Assembly: GCA_044348125.1 (NCBI GenBank)
Contig: JBIKTK010000001.1
Coordinates: 1 to 34,142, forward strand
DNA length: 34,142 nucleotides
DNA from: Flavobacteriales bacterium
Lineage (GTDB): Bacteria > Bacteroidota > Bacteroidia > Flavobacteriales_D > Sanyastnellaceae
Reading direction: 5' to 3'
The notes under the pieces are model-generated. The model searched no databases. It saw nothing but the letters and a program-made list of their open reading frames with translations, and was not told the DNA's origin. Both the position numbers and the translations under genes were made by a program. Positions 1-8,776 of the stretch are shown piece after piece; position 1 is the first letter of the stretch; every line of letters starts with the position of its first letter.

Positions 1-663
1 ACCCTCTTCGCACAGTTGGATCGCCGCCCCCAGCGCTGTGCCCTGTGTCGAAACCAAGTCCGTGGAAACTCCGTCCAGAAACAGCAACAGCGCCCCGTAG
101 TCCGTGGTGATCGGGCATTGAATGTAGGCGTCGCCAGCGAACACCACCAGCCCCACCCGGTCTCCTGTGAGGCGGGAGAGCAGCCGTTGGGTGGTTTGGC
201 GGGCCAAACCCAGCCGCGACATCCCCAAATCTTCTGCCCGCATGCTGTTCGACACGTCCAGCGCGATCATCACATCCCGCCCTTCGCTCTTGACTTCCTC
301 CATCTTGGCGCCCACCTTGAAGTCCAGCAGCCCCAGCAGCGCGCAGGCGATGGCGGCCCGCCACAACGCGAAGCGCCAAGCTTCCCGGCGGGGCCGCAAA
401 CCCGGAATCAGCGTGTTGAGGGACCGCTCATGGGCGAGGCGACGCGCCACCCGCTGTTGCCAGTGGTAAAAAAACAGGAACACCCCGGTGGCGAGCGGCA
501 AGAGCGCGAGCACAGGCCAAGCCTCGCCGTGGTGCCACGTGCCATTGGGCACGACCCGCTTGAGCACGAACCAGCCCGCAGCAAGCGCGAGCCAGAAGCC
601 CAGCTCGGCCACCACAAGGGCGACCGAGGTGGCAAAGGTGCGGAAGTTGGGGGCGGGTTGCAT
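1..663 (-). CDS. batB: BatB-like von Willebrand factor A (VWA) membrane protein; N-terminal 221 codons only, the gene runs off the left edge
   Basis: Absent from the supplied ORF track because it is edge-truncated. Manual minus-strand translation from ATG 663..661 gives MQPAPNFRTFATSVALVVAELGFWLALAAG...GRDVMIALDVSNSMRAEDLGMSRLGLARQ...GDRVGLVVFAGDAYIQCPITTDY. This shows N-terminal TM helices followed by a VWA MIDAS motif (DVSNS). The frame is open to position 1 and starts 26 nt after batA on the same strand. Confidence 0.8.
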   Translation of the reverse strand, partial: MQPAPNFRTFATSVALVVAELGFWLALAAGWFVLKRVVPNGTWHHGEAWPVLALLPLATGVFLFFYHWQQRVARRLAHERSLNTLIPGLRPRREAWRFALWRAAIACALLGLLDFKVGAKMEEVKSEGRDVMIALDVSNSMRAEDLGMSRLGLARQTTQRLLSRLTGDRVGLVVFAGDAYIQCPITTDYGALLLFLDGVSTDLVSTQGTALGAAIQLCEEG

Positions 664-689
664 GGGGTGCTAGACTTCGGTTCAGGGCA

Positions 690-1817
690 TTAGGTCAGGG
701 ACCGCAAAAAGAGGGTTCGCAGCAAGAACTCCGCCAACAACAACCCCACCGCTGCGGCCGCAAAACCTGCAAACTCCTCGGTTTTCTGGTTGTACTGCAT
801 CACCGAAAAGCGGGTCTTTTCGAGGGCGTCGATTTCGGCGTAAATCTCTTCGAGCTTGTCCTTGCTGGTGGCACGGAAGTAGCGGCCTCCGGTCGTCTCC
901 GCGATGCCGCGGAGCGTGGTTTCGTCGATTTGGACTTCACGCCAATCGTATTGGTATTGATTGCCCAGCTTCGCCACCGGGGTGCGCGCCTTGCCGATGG
1001 TGCCGACGCCGATGGTGTACACCCGGATGTCTTGCAGGCGGGCCAATTGGGCCGCATCCGCCGGGGCGATGGAGCCGGCATTGCTCTCGCCATCGGTCAG
1101 CAGGATGACCACTTTGCTCTTCGCATCGCTCTCCTTGAGGCGGTTCACGGCGGTGGCGAGGCCCATGCCGATGGCGGTGCCGGCTTCGAGTAGGCCGGGT
1201 TGCAGGGAGGAGATGCCGTTGAGGACGACGCGGTGGTCGGTGGTCAGCGGCACCTGGGTGAAGGCCTCGCCTTCGTAGGCCACCAGGGCGATGCGGTCGT
1301 TGGGGCGGTCTGCGGTGAATTCCATGGCCACCTCCTTCGAGGCTTCGAGCCGGTTGGGCCGCAGGTCTTGGGAGAGCATGCTCACCGAAACGTCCATGCT
1401 CAGCACCAAGTCGATGCCCTCGCGGGTCAGGTTTTCGAGGCGGGTGGCGGACTGGGGGCGGGCGGCGGCGATGGCGAGGAGCCCCAGGGCCAAGGTGCGG
1501 AACACGGTGGGCAGCTCGGGCAGGCTGTCCCAAGCCCAGCGCCGCCAGGGACGGACCGCTCGGCCAGCCCGGGCCGGGCCGGAAGGACGGGTCGGCCGCA
1601 GGGCGGTATGCACGGCGCCATGGTTGAGTTGCACGGCGACATTGCGCCCGCGGGCCAGCCGCCAGATGCGCAGTACCCCCGGAACCAAGGCAAGCCCCAG
1701 CGCCGCGAGTGCCCAAGGCGTGGCGAACTCAAAATGGCGCGATGTCCAGATGGCCGTCGCCGCGACCAGTGCCCACGCCACAGCGTAAATCAATCCCAAC
1801 CGAATGGCCCGTCTCAT
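690..1817 (-). CDS. batA: BatA-like VWA-domain membrane protein (aerotolerance-type operon)
   Basis: 375 aa ORF with N-terminal TM helices and a VWA MIDAS motif (LSMDVSVSM). Also has ILLTDGESNAG and a C-terminal TM segment. The start overlaps the stop of the upstream gene by 4 nt (ATGA). Confidence 0.85.
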   Translation of the reverse strand: MRRAIRLGLIYAVAWALVAATAIWTSRHFEFATPWALAALGLALVPGVLRIWRLARGRNVAVQLNHGAVHTALRPTRPSGPARAGRAVRPWRRWAWDSLPELPTVFRTLALGLLAIAAARPQSATRLENLTREGIDLVLSMDVSVSMLSQDLRPNRLEASKEVAMEFTADRPNDRIALVAYEGEAFTQVPLTTDHRVVLNGISSLQPGLLEAGTAIGMGLATAVNRLKESDAKSKVVILLTDGESNAGSIAPADAAQLARLQDIRVYTIGVGTIGKARTPVAKLGNQYQYDWREVQIDETTLRGIAETTGGRYFRATSKDKLEEIYAEIDALEKTRFSVMQYNQKTEEFAGFAAAAVGLLLAEFLLRTLFLRSLT

Positions 1818-2824
1818 TCCGCGTTGCTTGTGGCCGTGTGTTCAACAAACCGCATCGCGTTGCGCACCATGCGCTCGTGGAGTTCGGGGCCGCTTCGTTG
1901 TTTGGCAAATTTGGCCAAATCCGCCTGCTCCAGGACTTCCATCAACAGCATCCGGTCTGCAGGCGAGACCGCCAGGGACGGTAGCGATTGCCGAATCTCG
2001 GTGGTGGTCCGTTCGATGGCGGGGAAGCCCATGGCCTGTTCGATGTAGCGGCGCAACACGTGGCTGATGGCGGCGTGGAATCCCTTCTCGTCGCCCAACC
2101 GCCAAGCGGCTTCCCGCTGGATGCGCTCGAGTTCCGCCAAGGCGACCAGGTGGGCGGGTCGGGCGTCCTCGGCGGGTTTTGCCCCCGTCTCGATGGGGCG
2201 CCGCTGCCGCCGCCGCCACGCCCACAATGCCACCCAGCCCGCGGCCACCGCCGCCAGCACCCCGCCGAGCAAGGGTGCCGCCAAAAGCACGCGCTCCCAG
2301 ACCGTCCACTGCACTTCCACCACCTCCGCCGGCGGCGCCTGGTAGCCCGGGTCATCCCCGTGCGGCATCGCCACCTCCAACTCCAGGGCCTCCGACCAAA
2401 CCGTGTCCCCTCCCAGCACAAAGGGCAGCGGCGGGAACACCACCGCCCCGCTGTCCCAAGTGATGACTTGGATCGCCTGCGACCATTCCCACTCCGACCC
2501 CTCCCGTTCTACCGTATCCCGCGCCCCGACCCGCAGTACCTCCCACCCATTCGGCAGGCTGTCCCCCCAAGCCGGCACCTCCCATGCCCCGCCGCCGCGC
2601 CCCGCCGACCGCACCCCCCGGAACGTCAGCTCGACCGGCGTCGCCAGCGGCAGGGCCACCCGCTCCGCCACCACCTCCACCCGGCCTGCCGCCGTTCCGC
2701 CCGCCGTTCCGCCCGCCGTCCCGCCCGCCGTCCCGCCCGCCGGCTGCCCCCAAGCAAACCCCATCGCCCCCCAGCCCACGCCGGCGATCCCCACCACCGC
2801 CAACAAGCGGCCCCAACCCTGCAT
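1814..2824 (-). CDS. Membrane protein with a DUF4381-like C-terminal half; third gene of the moxR-DUF58-x-batA-batB arrangement
   Basis: I place the start at the internal ATG 2824 (MQGWGRLLAVVGIAGVGWG..., signal-like), 5 nt after the DUF58 stop, not at the track start 2902. A central TM segment (LLAAPLLGGVLAAVAAGWVALWAW-RRRQRR) is followed by a helical tail ending ...LEQADLAKFAKQ. Its position between the DUF58 gene and batA is typical. The family assignment is from memory. Confidence 0.65.
   Translation of the reverse strand: MQGWGRLLAVVGIAGVGWGAMGFAWGQPAGGTAGGTAGGTAGGTAAGRVEVVAERVALPLATPVELTFRGVRSAGRGGGAWEVPAWGDSLPNGWEVLRVGARDTVEREGSEWEWSQAIQVITWDSGAVVFPPLPFVLGGDTVWSEALELEVAMPHGDDPGYQAPPAEVVEVQWTVWERVLLAAPLLGGVLAAVAAGWVALWAWRRRQRRPIETGAKPAEDARPAHLVALAELERIQREAAWRLGDEKGFHAAISHVLRRYIEQAMGFPAIERTTTEIRQSLPSLAVSPADRMLLMEVLEQADLAKFAKQRSGPELHERMVRNAMRFVEHTATSNAE
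2691..2738. repeat. 12-bp tandem repeat x4 (gccgttccgccc x2, gccgtcccgccc x2) inside the DUF4381-like gene
   Basis: Read directly from the sequence. It encodes (GGTA)4 immediately after the predicted signal peptide. Confidence 0.85.
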
Positions 2825-2828
2825 CCCC

Positions 2829-3695
2829 TTATCCACGGCGATCGAACAATTGCAACAGCGGTTGAACATAGGGCCGATCCGTTCGCAACACGGCCGCATC
2901 AACCCCAGAACGGATGAGCATGGAGCGCAGCGCGGCCTCCCGCTCTGCCTCCCGGGCTGCGTAACGTTGGCGCACCCGCTTCAGGGAAGTGTGGAACCAG
3001 CGTTGTTCACCCGTTTCGGGATCCACGGCCTCCATCCAGCCCACCGCGGGGAGTTCCCGGTCCAGGGGGTCCTCGACCCGCAAAGCCACCAAGTCATGCC
3101 GCCGGGCCGCACGCTTGAGCACGTCCTCGAACCCTTCGTCTCGGAAATCCGACAGCAAGAAGCAGATGGTGCGCTTCTTCATGGCCTGCAGAAAATGAGT
3201 CAACGCGGTGGCCATGCGCGTGCCCCGTCCCACCGGCTCAATTTCGATCGCCTCCCGGATGATGCGCAGCACATGGAAGCGCCCCTTCTTGGGCGGGATG
3301 TACCGCTCGATGCGGTCGCTGAAAAAGATGGCACCCACCTTGTCGTTGTTGCCCATCGCGCTGAAAGCCAGCACCGCCGCCAATTCCGTCATCAGTTCCC
3401 GCTTGCTTCCCCCCTGGGAGCCCCAAGCCCCTGAAGCACTCACATCGAGCAGCAGGAACACGGTGAGCTCCCGCTCCTCGTCGAACACCTTGACGTAGGG
3501 AGAACCCATGCGGGCCGTGACATTCCAGTCGATGGTCCGGATTTCGTCCCCGTGCTGGTACGCCCGGTTCTCGCTGAACGCCATGCCCCGGCCTTTGAAA
3601 GCACTGTGGTACTCTCCCGAAAAAATGCGGTCGCTCAGTCCCCGCGTCTTGATTTCGACGCGACGAACGCGCTGAATCAGTTCGGCCGTGTCCAT
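2829..3695 (-). CDS. DUF58 family protein (VWA-like partner of MoxR)
   Basis: 288 aa. Contains GEYHSAFKGRGMAFSENRAYQHGDEIRTIDWNVTAR and LLLDVSASG motifs typical of DUF58. Sits directly downstream of the MoxR ATPase gene. Confidence 0.85.
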   Translation of the reverse strand: MDTAELIQRVRRVEIKTRGLSDRIFSGEYHSAFKGRGMAFSENRAYQHGDEIRTIDWNVTARMGSPYVKVFDEERELTVFLLLDVSASGAWGSQGGSKRELMTELAAVLAFSAMGNNDKVGAIFFSDRIERYIPPKKGRFHVLRIIREAIEIEPVGRGTRMATALTHFLQAMKKRTICFLLSDFRDEGFEDVLKRAARRHDLVALRVEDPLDRELPAVGWMEAVDPETGEQRWFHTSLKRVRQRYAAREAEREAALRSMLIRSGVDAAVLRTDRPYVQPLLQLFDRRG

Positions 3696-3714
3696 GCCTT
3701 CCCTCCCTGCTGGC

Positions 3715-4776
3715 TCACGGAACCTGGACGTTGTCCATGATCTCCGTGATGATTTGTTCCTGGGTGATGTTCTCCGCCTCGGCCTCGAAGGTCAAACCCA
3801 CCCGGTGACGCATCACATCCATCGCCACGGCCCGAACATCCTCCGGAATGACATAACCGCGGTGGTGGAGGAAGGCATGGGCCTTGGACGCGATGCCCAA
3901 GCCGATGCTCGCCCGGGGCGATGCCCCAAATCCAATGAGCGGGTTGAGGTGGCCCAGTCCGTGGTTTTCCGGACGTCGGGTCGCGAAGACCAAATCCACA
4001 ATGTACCGTTCCACCTTTTCGTCCATGTAGATCTCGCGCACGAGTTGCCGGCCCCGCAGGATGTCCTCTGGGGTGATGACGGGACGTGGGCGGGGCAGGC
4101 CTTCGGGGCGGAGGTTCGCCCGTACAATCTGCTGCTCCTCCTCCTTGGTGGGGTAACCGATGACCACCTTCAGCAAAAAACGGTCCACTTGGGCTTCGGG
4201 GAGCGGGTAGGTGCCCTCTTGTTCGACTGGGTTTTGCGTGGCCAGCACCAAGAAGGGTTCCGGCAGCGGGAACGTCTCCGAGCCGATGGTCACCTGACGT
4301 TCCTGCATGGCCTCGAGCAGGGCGCTCTGCACCTTGGCGGGGGCGCGGTTGATCTCGTCCGCGAGGACGAAATTCGCGAAGATGGGACCCTGTTTGACCT
4401 TGAACGCCTCGTCCCGTTGGCTGTATATCATGGTGCCCACCACGTCGGCGGGCAGCAGGTCCGGCGTGAACTGGATGCGGCTGAAATGCACCCGTGCCGC
4501 TTCGCTCAGTGTTTTGATGGCGAGGGTTTTGGCCAAACCAGGTACCCCCTCCAACAACACATGGCCGTTTGCCAGCAACCCGATCAGCAACCGGTCGACC
4601 ATGTGTTGCTGTCCCACGATGGTCTGCTGCACTTCCCTGCGGATGAGGTCCACAAAGGCACTCCCCGCTGCGATGCGTTCGTTCAGGGCCCGGATGTCGG
4701 GTGCACCGGTGTCCGAGGTGGGGGGAAGCGCGTCGTTTTGAGGGTCAGAAGGGAGTGAAAACGTCGAGTGCTCCAT
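3715..4776 (-). CDS. moxR: MoxR-family AAA+ ATPase
   Basis: 353 aa. Walker A is LLEGVPGLAKT and Walker B is VLADEINRAPAK. First gene of the Bat-type operon. Confidence 0.9.
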   Translation of the reverse strand: MEHSTFSLPSDPQNDALPPTSDTGAPDIRALNERIAAGSAFVDLIRREVQQTIVGQQHMVDRLLIGLLANGHVLLEGVPGLAKTLAIKTLSEAARVHFSRIQFTPDLLPADVVGTMIYSQRDEAFKVKQGPIFANFVLADEINRAPAKVQSALLEAMQERQVTIGSETFPLPEPFLVLATQNPVEQEGTYPLPEAQVDRFLLKVVIGYPTKEEEQQIVRANLRPEGLPRPRPVITPEDILRGRQLVREIYMDEKVERYIVDLVFATRRPENHGLGHLNPLIGFGASPRASIGLGIASKAHAFLHHRGYVIPEDVRAVAMDVMRHRVGLTFEAEAENITQEQIITEIMDNVQVP

Positions 4777-4879
4777 GCGCCATGTTTGAAATGAAAGAAC
4801 GGCCGAAGATACCGCAACCCTTTGGCACTGCGCGCATCGGATGCCCGAAAGGATGTTAAACGGGGCTTATCTTGGGCGC

Positions 4880-5326
4880 ATGGAACAGCCATTCGCTCCC
4901 GCCCCTCCGCTCGCCTTCCGCGAGGTGGTCGCCTGTGTCGAAGTTTTTCACGACCGCTTCGGGATTCCGAGGGCGGAGGGGCCGGCGTCGGCGATCGGGT
5001 CGGAGGAGGTCGCGCTGCGCCACCGGCTGATGGCCGAGGAGAATGAGGAGTACCTCGAGGCGGCGCTGCGCGGGGACATGGCCGAGGTCGCCGACGCGCT
5101 GGGGGACCAGTTGTACATCTTGTGCGGAACGATGTTGCGGCACGGCCTGCACGAAGTCATGGAGGAGGTCTTCCTCGAGATCCAGTCGAGCAACCTCTCG
5201 AAGCTGGGGCCCGACGGCCGGCCGCTGTACCGGGAGGACGGCAAGGTCATCAAGGGGCCCAACTACCGGCGGCCCGATGTCGCCGGGGTGCTGGCGCGCT
5301 GGCTGGAGACCGCCCCGGGCCGCTGA
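4880..5326 (+). CDS. MazG-like / DR2231-like all-alpha nucleoside triphosphate pyrophosphohydrolase
   Basis: Contains the EENEEYLEA...EVADALGDQLY acidic metal-binding helices and an SNLSKLGPDGRPLYREDGKVIKGPNYRRPDV tail. I place the start at the internal ATG 4880 (MEQPF) because a -7-like box (TATCTTGG, one mismatch) lies just upstream, inside the longer track ORF. Confidence 0.7.
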   Translation: MEQPFAPAPPLAFREVVACVEVFHDRFGIPRAEGPASAIGSEEVALRHRLMAEENEEYLEAALRGDMAEVADALGDQLYILCGTMLRHGLHEVMEEVFLEIQSSNLSKLGPDGRPLYREDGKVIKGPNYRRPDVAGVLARWLETAPGR

Positions 5327-5362
5327 CCCCGGCGGTGCCGACCGCTGACCCCGGCGGTGCCG
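5320..5362. repeat. Tandem direct duplication of ccgctgaccccggcggtgccg (2 copies, 22-bp period)
   Basis: Copies at 5320..5340 and 5342..5362 are identical. The first copy contains the TGA stop (5324..5326) of the MazG-like gene. Confidence 0.9.
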
Positions 5363-5381
5363 CTCACGTGCCCGCAGGTCG

Positions 5382-5389
5382 TATCTTTG
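5382..5389 (+). promoter_or_regulatory. Bacteroidota-type -7 promoter box TATCTTTG upstream of thrS
   Basis: Perfect match to TAnnTTTG in an intergenic gap, 54 nt upstream of the thrS ATG and correctly oriented. No clear -33 TTTG element was seen. Confidence 0.45.
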
Positions 5390-5443
5390 CACCCGGAATG
5401 TGCGGGGTGCCCGACCGGCCTTTTCCCGCACCCTTCAAGGGAC

Positions 5444-7390
5444 ATGATTGAGATTACACTGCCCGATGGTTCCGTGCGGTCGCTTCCGGAAGGGAGCTCT
5501 GCGATGGATTTGGCCTTGGGCATCAGCGAGGGGCTCGCACGCAACGTGCTGGCCGCGGAAGTGAACGGCGAAGTGCGGGATGCCCACCGCCCCATCGAGG
5601 GCGATGCTCGCGTCAAATTGCTGACCTTCAACGACGAAGACGGTAAGCGAACCCTTTGGCACAGCTCGGCACACTTGCTCGCCGAGGCGCTCGAGGCCCT
5701 GTATCCGGGCATCCGGTTCTGGGTCGGGCCGCCGCTGGAGCATGGCTTCTATTACGACGTGGATTTCGGCGACCATGTCTTCACCGACAAGGACTTCGCG
5801 GCCGTTGAGCAGAAGATGCTGGATTTGGCCCGACAAAAAAACCCCTACGTCCGCCGCGAATTGTCGAAGGCTGAAGCCATTGCCTACTTCGAAGAGAAGG
5901 GCGACCCTTACAAGCTGGACCTGCTGGAAGGCCTGGAGGACGGCACCATCACGTTCTACACGCAGGGGGAGTTCACGGACCTGTGCCGCGGCCCCCACAT
6001 TCCCCACACGGGGCACATCAAGGCGGCGAAGATCATGAGCATCGCCGGTGCGTATTGGAAAGGGGACGAAAAGAACAAGCAGCTCACCAGGGTCTACGGC
6101 ATCACGTTTCAGAAAAAGACGGAACTGGATGAATACTTGCACCTGCTCGAGCAAGCGCGCGCCCGCGACCACCGCAAGCTCGGGAAGGAGCTGGACTTGT
6201 TCCACTTCTCGGACAAGGTGGGGCAGGGGCTCCCGCTGTGGCTGCCCAAGGGCGCCGACCTCAGGCTTCGGCTCGAGACCTTCCTCCGGGAAGCGCAGCG
6301 CAAGACGGGTTACCAGCAGGTCATCACGCCCCACATCGGCCACAAGGAGTTGTACGTAACGTCAGGCCACTACGCGAAGTACGGTGCCGACAGCTTCCAA
6401 CCGATCCATACGCCCGCAGAAGGGGAGGAGTACCTGCTCAAGCCCATGAACTGCCCGCACCACTGCGAGATTTTCAAGGCCCGCCCGCGGAGCTACCGGG
6501 ACCTGCCGGTCCGGTTTGCTGAGTTTGGCACGGTGTACCGGTACGAACAGAGCGGGGAGCTCCACGGGCTCACCCGGGTGCGCGGATTCACGCAGGACGA
6601 CGCCCACATCTTCTGCACGGTGGATCAGGTCAAGGAGGAGGTGGCGAAGGTGATCGACCTGGTGTTGTACATCTTCAAGACCCTCGATTTTCACGACTTC
6701 GTGGCCCAGGTTTCCCTGCGCGATCCCGGGAATCCGGACAAGTACATCGGCAGCGACGAGAACTGGGAGAAAGCGGAGCGCGCCATCCAGGAAGTGGCCC
6801 AGGAGAAGGGCCTCGAGACGGTGGTCGAACTCGGCGAAGCCGCTTTCTACGGCCCCAAGCTGGATTTCATGGTGCGCGACGTCATCGGACGAAAGTGGCA
6901 GTTGGGCACAGTCCAAATCGATTACAACCTGCCCGAGCGGTTCGAACTGGAATACGTCGGCGCGGACAACGCGAAGCACCGCCCCGTGATGATCCACCGC
7001 GCTCCCTTCGGTTCCATGGAGCGGTTTGTGGCCATTCTCATCGAGCATTGCGCGGGAAAGTTCCCGCTCTGGCTCATGCCCGAACAAGCGATCATCCTGC
7101 CCATTTCGGATCGTTTCAACGATTATGCAAAAGATGTTTTAAAAATCCTTGAGAATCACGATATTCGCGCCCTCATTGACGACCGCTCTGAAAAGGTGGG
7201 GAAGAAGATCCGCGATGCGGAGCTGAGCAAGCTTCCCTACATGTTGATTGTGGGAGAAAATGAGTCGGCCGAGGGTACTGTTTCCGTGCGCAAGCAAGGA
7301 GAAGGCGACCTCGGATCGATGGGCCCGGAGGCCTTCGCTGAGCGCATCCGCTCAGAGATTGCCGCGATGCTCAGCCATGACCTAAGTTGA
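5444..7390 (+). CDS. thrS: Threonine--tRNA ligase
   Basis: Start placed at [10 protein letters not shown] (TGS domain). Contains [13 protein letters not shown], class II core motifs and a C-terminal anticodon-binding domain. The 29 upstream codons of the track ORF are treated as non-coding. Confidence 0.95.
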   Translation: MIEITLPDGSVRSLPEGSSAMDLALGISEGLARNVLAAEVNGEVRDAHRPIEGDARVKLLTFNDEDGKRTLWHSSAHLLAEALEALYPGIRFWVGPPLEHGFYYDVDFGDHVFTDKDFAAVEQKMLDLARQKNPYVRRELSKAEAIAYFEEKGDPYKLDLLEGLEDGTITFYTQGEFTDLCRGPHIPHTGHIKAAKIMSIAGAYWKGDEKNKQLTRVYGITFQKKTELDEYLHLLEQARARDHRKLGKELDLFHFSDKVGQGLPLWLPKGADLRLRLETFLREAQRKTGYQQVITPHIGHKELYVTSGHYAKYGADSFQPIHTPAEGEEYLLKPMNCPHHCEIFKARPRSYRDLPVRFAEFGTVYRYEQSGELHGLTRVRGFTQDDAHIFCTVDQVKEEVAKVIDLVLYIFKTLDFHDFVAQVSLRDPGNPDKYIGSDENWEKAERAIQEVAQEKGLETVVELGEAAFYGPKLDFMVRDVIGRKWQLGTVQIDYNLPERFELEYVGADNAKHRPVMIHRAPFGSMERFVAILIEHCAGKFPLWLMPEQAIILPISDRFNDYAKDVLKILENHDIRALIDDRSEKVGKKIRDAELSKLPYMLIVGENESAEGTVSVRKQGEGDLGSMGPEAFAERIRSEIAAMLSHDLS

Positions 7391-7408
7391 ATTTAAAACC
7401 GCAGCGTT

Positions 7409-7963
7409 ATAACTATTCGAAAGAAAAAGGGACCGGCCCCCCGCAGGGTCCGCCCGGAGGATCCACACCGGATCAACGAATTCATCACCGCAGACCCTGT
7501 GCGCCTCGTCGGCGAGAATGTGGAGCCGGCGGTGATGAGTTTGCGAAGCGCCCTCGCCTTGGCGAAGGAACTGGAGCTGGACTTGGTCGAGATTTCGCCC
7601 AAGGCAGACCCGCCGGTGTGCCGCATCACGGAGTACAAGAAGTTCCTGTACGACCAGAAGAAGAAGCAGAAGGAGATCAAGGCAAAGCAGGCCAAGGTCG
7701 TGGTGAAGGAAATCCGTTTCGGACCCAACACCGACGACCACGATTTCCAGTTCAAGGCAAAGCACGCCCGCAAGTTCCTCGAGGAGGGTTGCAAGCTCAA
7801 GGCCTACGTTTTCTTCCGGGGCAGGACCATTGTCTTCAAAGAACGCGGTGAAATCCTGTTGTTGAAGTTCGCTCAGGAGTTGGAGGACGTCGGCATGGTC
7901 GAACAGCTGCCGAAGCTGGAAGGCAAGCGGATGACCATCATCTTCAACCCCAAGAAGAAGTAA
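7409..7963 (+). CDS. infC: Translation initiation factor IF-3 with a non-AUG start (ATA 7409 or ATT 7415)
   Basis: The track ORF starts at GTG 7499, but the same frame is open back to a TAA at 7394. It encodes (I)[38 protein letters not shown], which is a canonical IF-3 N-terminus. No ATG, GTG or TTG is present in that stretch. Confidence 0.88.
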   Translation: MTIRKKKGPAPRRVRPEDPHRINEFITADPVRLVGENVEPAVMSLRSALALAKELELDLVEISPKADPPVCRITEYKKFLYDQKKKQKEIKAKQAKVVVKEIRFGPNTDDHDFQFKAKHARKFLEEGCKLKAYVFFRGRTIVFKERGEILLLKFAQELEDVGMVEQLPKLEGKRMTIIFNPKKK

Positions 7964-7995
7964 ATCCTATTCACCCTAAATAACAATCCGAGGCC

Positions 7996-8190
7996 ATGCC
8001 GAAGATGAAAACCAAATCAAGCGCAAAGAAGCGCTTCAAATTCACGGGAAGTGGGAAAATCAAGCGGAAGCACGCTTTCAAGAGTCACATCCTGACGAAG
8101 AAGGCGACCAAGCAGAAGCGCAATTTGACGCACACCGCGTTGGTGGACAGCACCGACATGAAGAGCGTCAAGCGGCAGCTCTGCGCGTAA
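7996..8190 (+). CDS. rpmI: 50S ribosomal protein L35
   Basis: 64 aa: [36 protein letters not shown]. Confidence 0.95.
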   Translation: MPKMKTKSSAKKRFKFTGSGKIKRKHAFKSHILTKKATKQKRNLTHTALVDSTDMKSVKRQLCA

Positions 8191-8291
8191 CCCTGATTTT
8201 CTCCGAGTTTTTCACCCGGTTCGTTTAACCCGGCGACAGGTACACAAGTGCGCTTTCAACCCGCCACCTTCCGCCAAAAAGAAACACCACC

Positions 8292-8636
8292 ATGCCACGT
8301 TCAGTAAACGCAGTGGCGGCACGGGCACGCCGTAAAAAAGTGCTCAAGATGGCAAAAGGGTACTACGGTGCCCGCAAAAATGTTTGGACGGTCGCCAAGA
8401 ACGCCGTCGAGAAGGGATTGCTCTACGCCTACATCGGCCGGAAGCAAAAGAAGCGGAACTTCCGCTCCCTTTGGATCCAACGCATCAACGCCGGCGCCCG
8501 CCAGCACGGACTCTCGTACAGCGAGTTGATGGGCCGCCTGCACAAAGCAAACATCGCCCTCAACCGGAAGGTGTTGGCTGACCTCGCGATGAACCACCCG
8601 GAAGTATTTGCGGCGGTGGTGAAGCAGGTAAAATAA
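8292..8636 (+). CDS. rplT: 50S ribosomal protein L20
   Basis: 114 aa: [30 protein letters not shown]... Confidence 0.95.
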   Translation: MPRSVNAVAARARRKKVLKMAKGYYGARKNVWTVAKNAVEKGLLYAYIGRKQKKRNFRSLWIQRINAGARQHGLSYSELMGRLHKANIALNRKVLADLAMNHPEVFAAVVKQVK

Positions 8637-8670
8637 ACCGGCATCGGACGGCCCCCGTCCGGTATCAGGA

Positions 8671-8718
8671 ACAAAACAAAAGCGGCCTTCCCATCCGGGA
8701 GGGCCGCTCTTGTTTTCG
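8671..8718. terminator. Bidirectional rho-independent terminator between rplT (+) and the TPR gene (-)
   Basis: An 11-bp stem pairs 8682..8692 (gcggccttccc) with 8697..8707 (gggagggccgc) around the loop atcc. It is flanked by an A-rich tract upstream and tcttgtttt downstream. Confidence 0.7.
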
Positions 8719-8776
8719 ATGGGATCCCCGCGCGAGGACCTCGCGCCGCGCGGGTTCCTGGCAGTCCCTGATCGTT

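Noticed and set aside
16-693. 225-aa plus-strand ORF at the left edge
   Set aside because: It is Arg/Pro/Gly/His-rich low-complexity sequence. It lies exactly antisense to a clean BatB-like VWA reading frame (1..663, minus) that fits the operon context. It is a shadow ORF of high-GC DNA.
1909-1920. 12-bp palindrome atttggccaaat, considered as a regulatory site related to the GGCCAAAT motifs near recA, bcp and serC
   Set aside because: It lies inside the DUF4381-like coding sequence (encoding ...LAKFAK...), far from any gene start. It is most simply a coincidence of codon choice.
2691-5362. Considered whether the short tandem repeats (12-bp x4 at 2691, 21-nt x2 at 5320) could be a degenerate CRISPR array
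   Set aside because: The units are contiguous with no spacers and are far shorter than CRISPR repeats. One lies in frame inside a gene. No cas genes are present in the window.
5357-5443. 29-codon N-terminal extension of thrS; also considered a T-box or other leader RNA upstream of thrS
   Set aside because: ThrRS homology starts at MIEITLPDG (TGS domain), and a perfect -7 box lies inside the extension. The leader is only about 54 nt, far too short for a T-box. No specifier or T-box sequence is evident.
8191-8291. 101-nt rpmI-rplT spacer as a possible L20-binding regulatory RNA
   Set aside because: I found only a weak 4-bp ccgg/ccgg pairing. There is no convincing conserved structure or rRNA mimic that I can support by eye.
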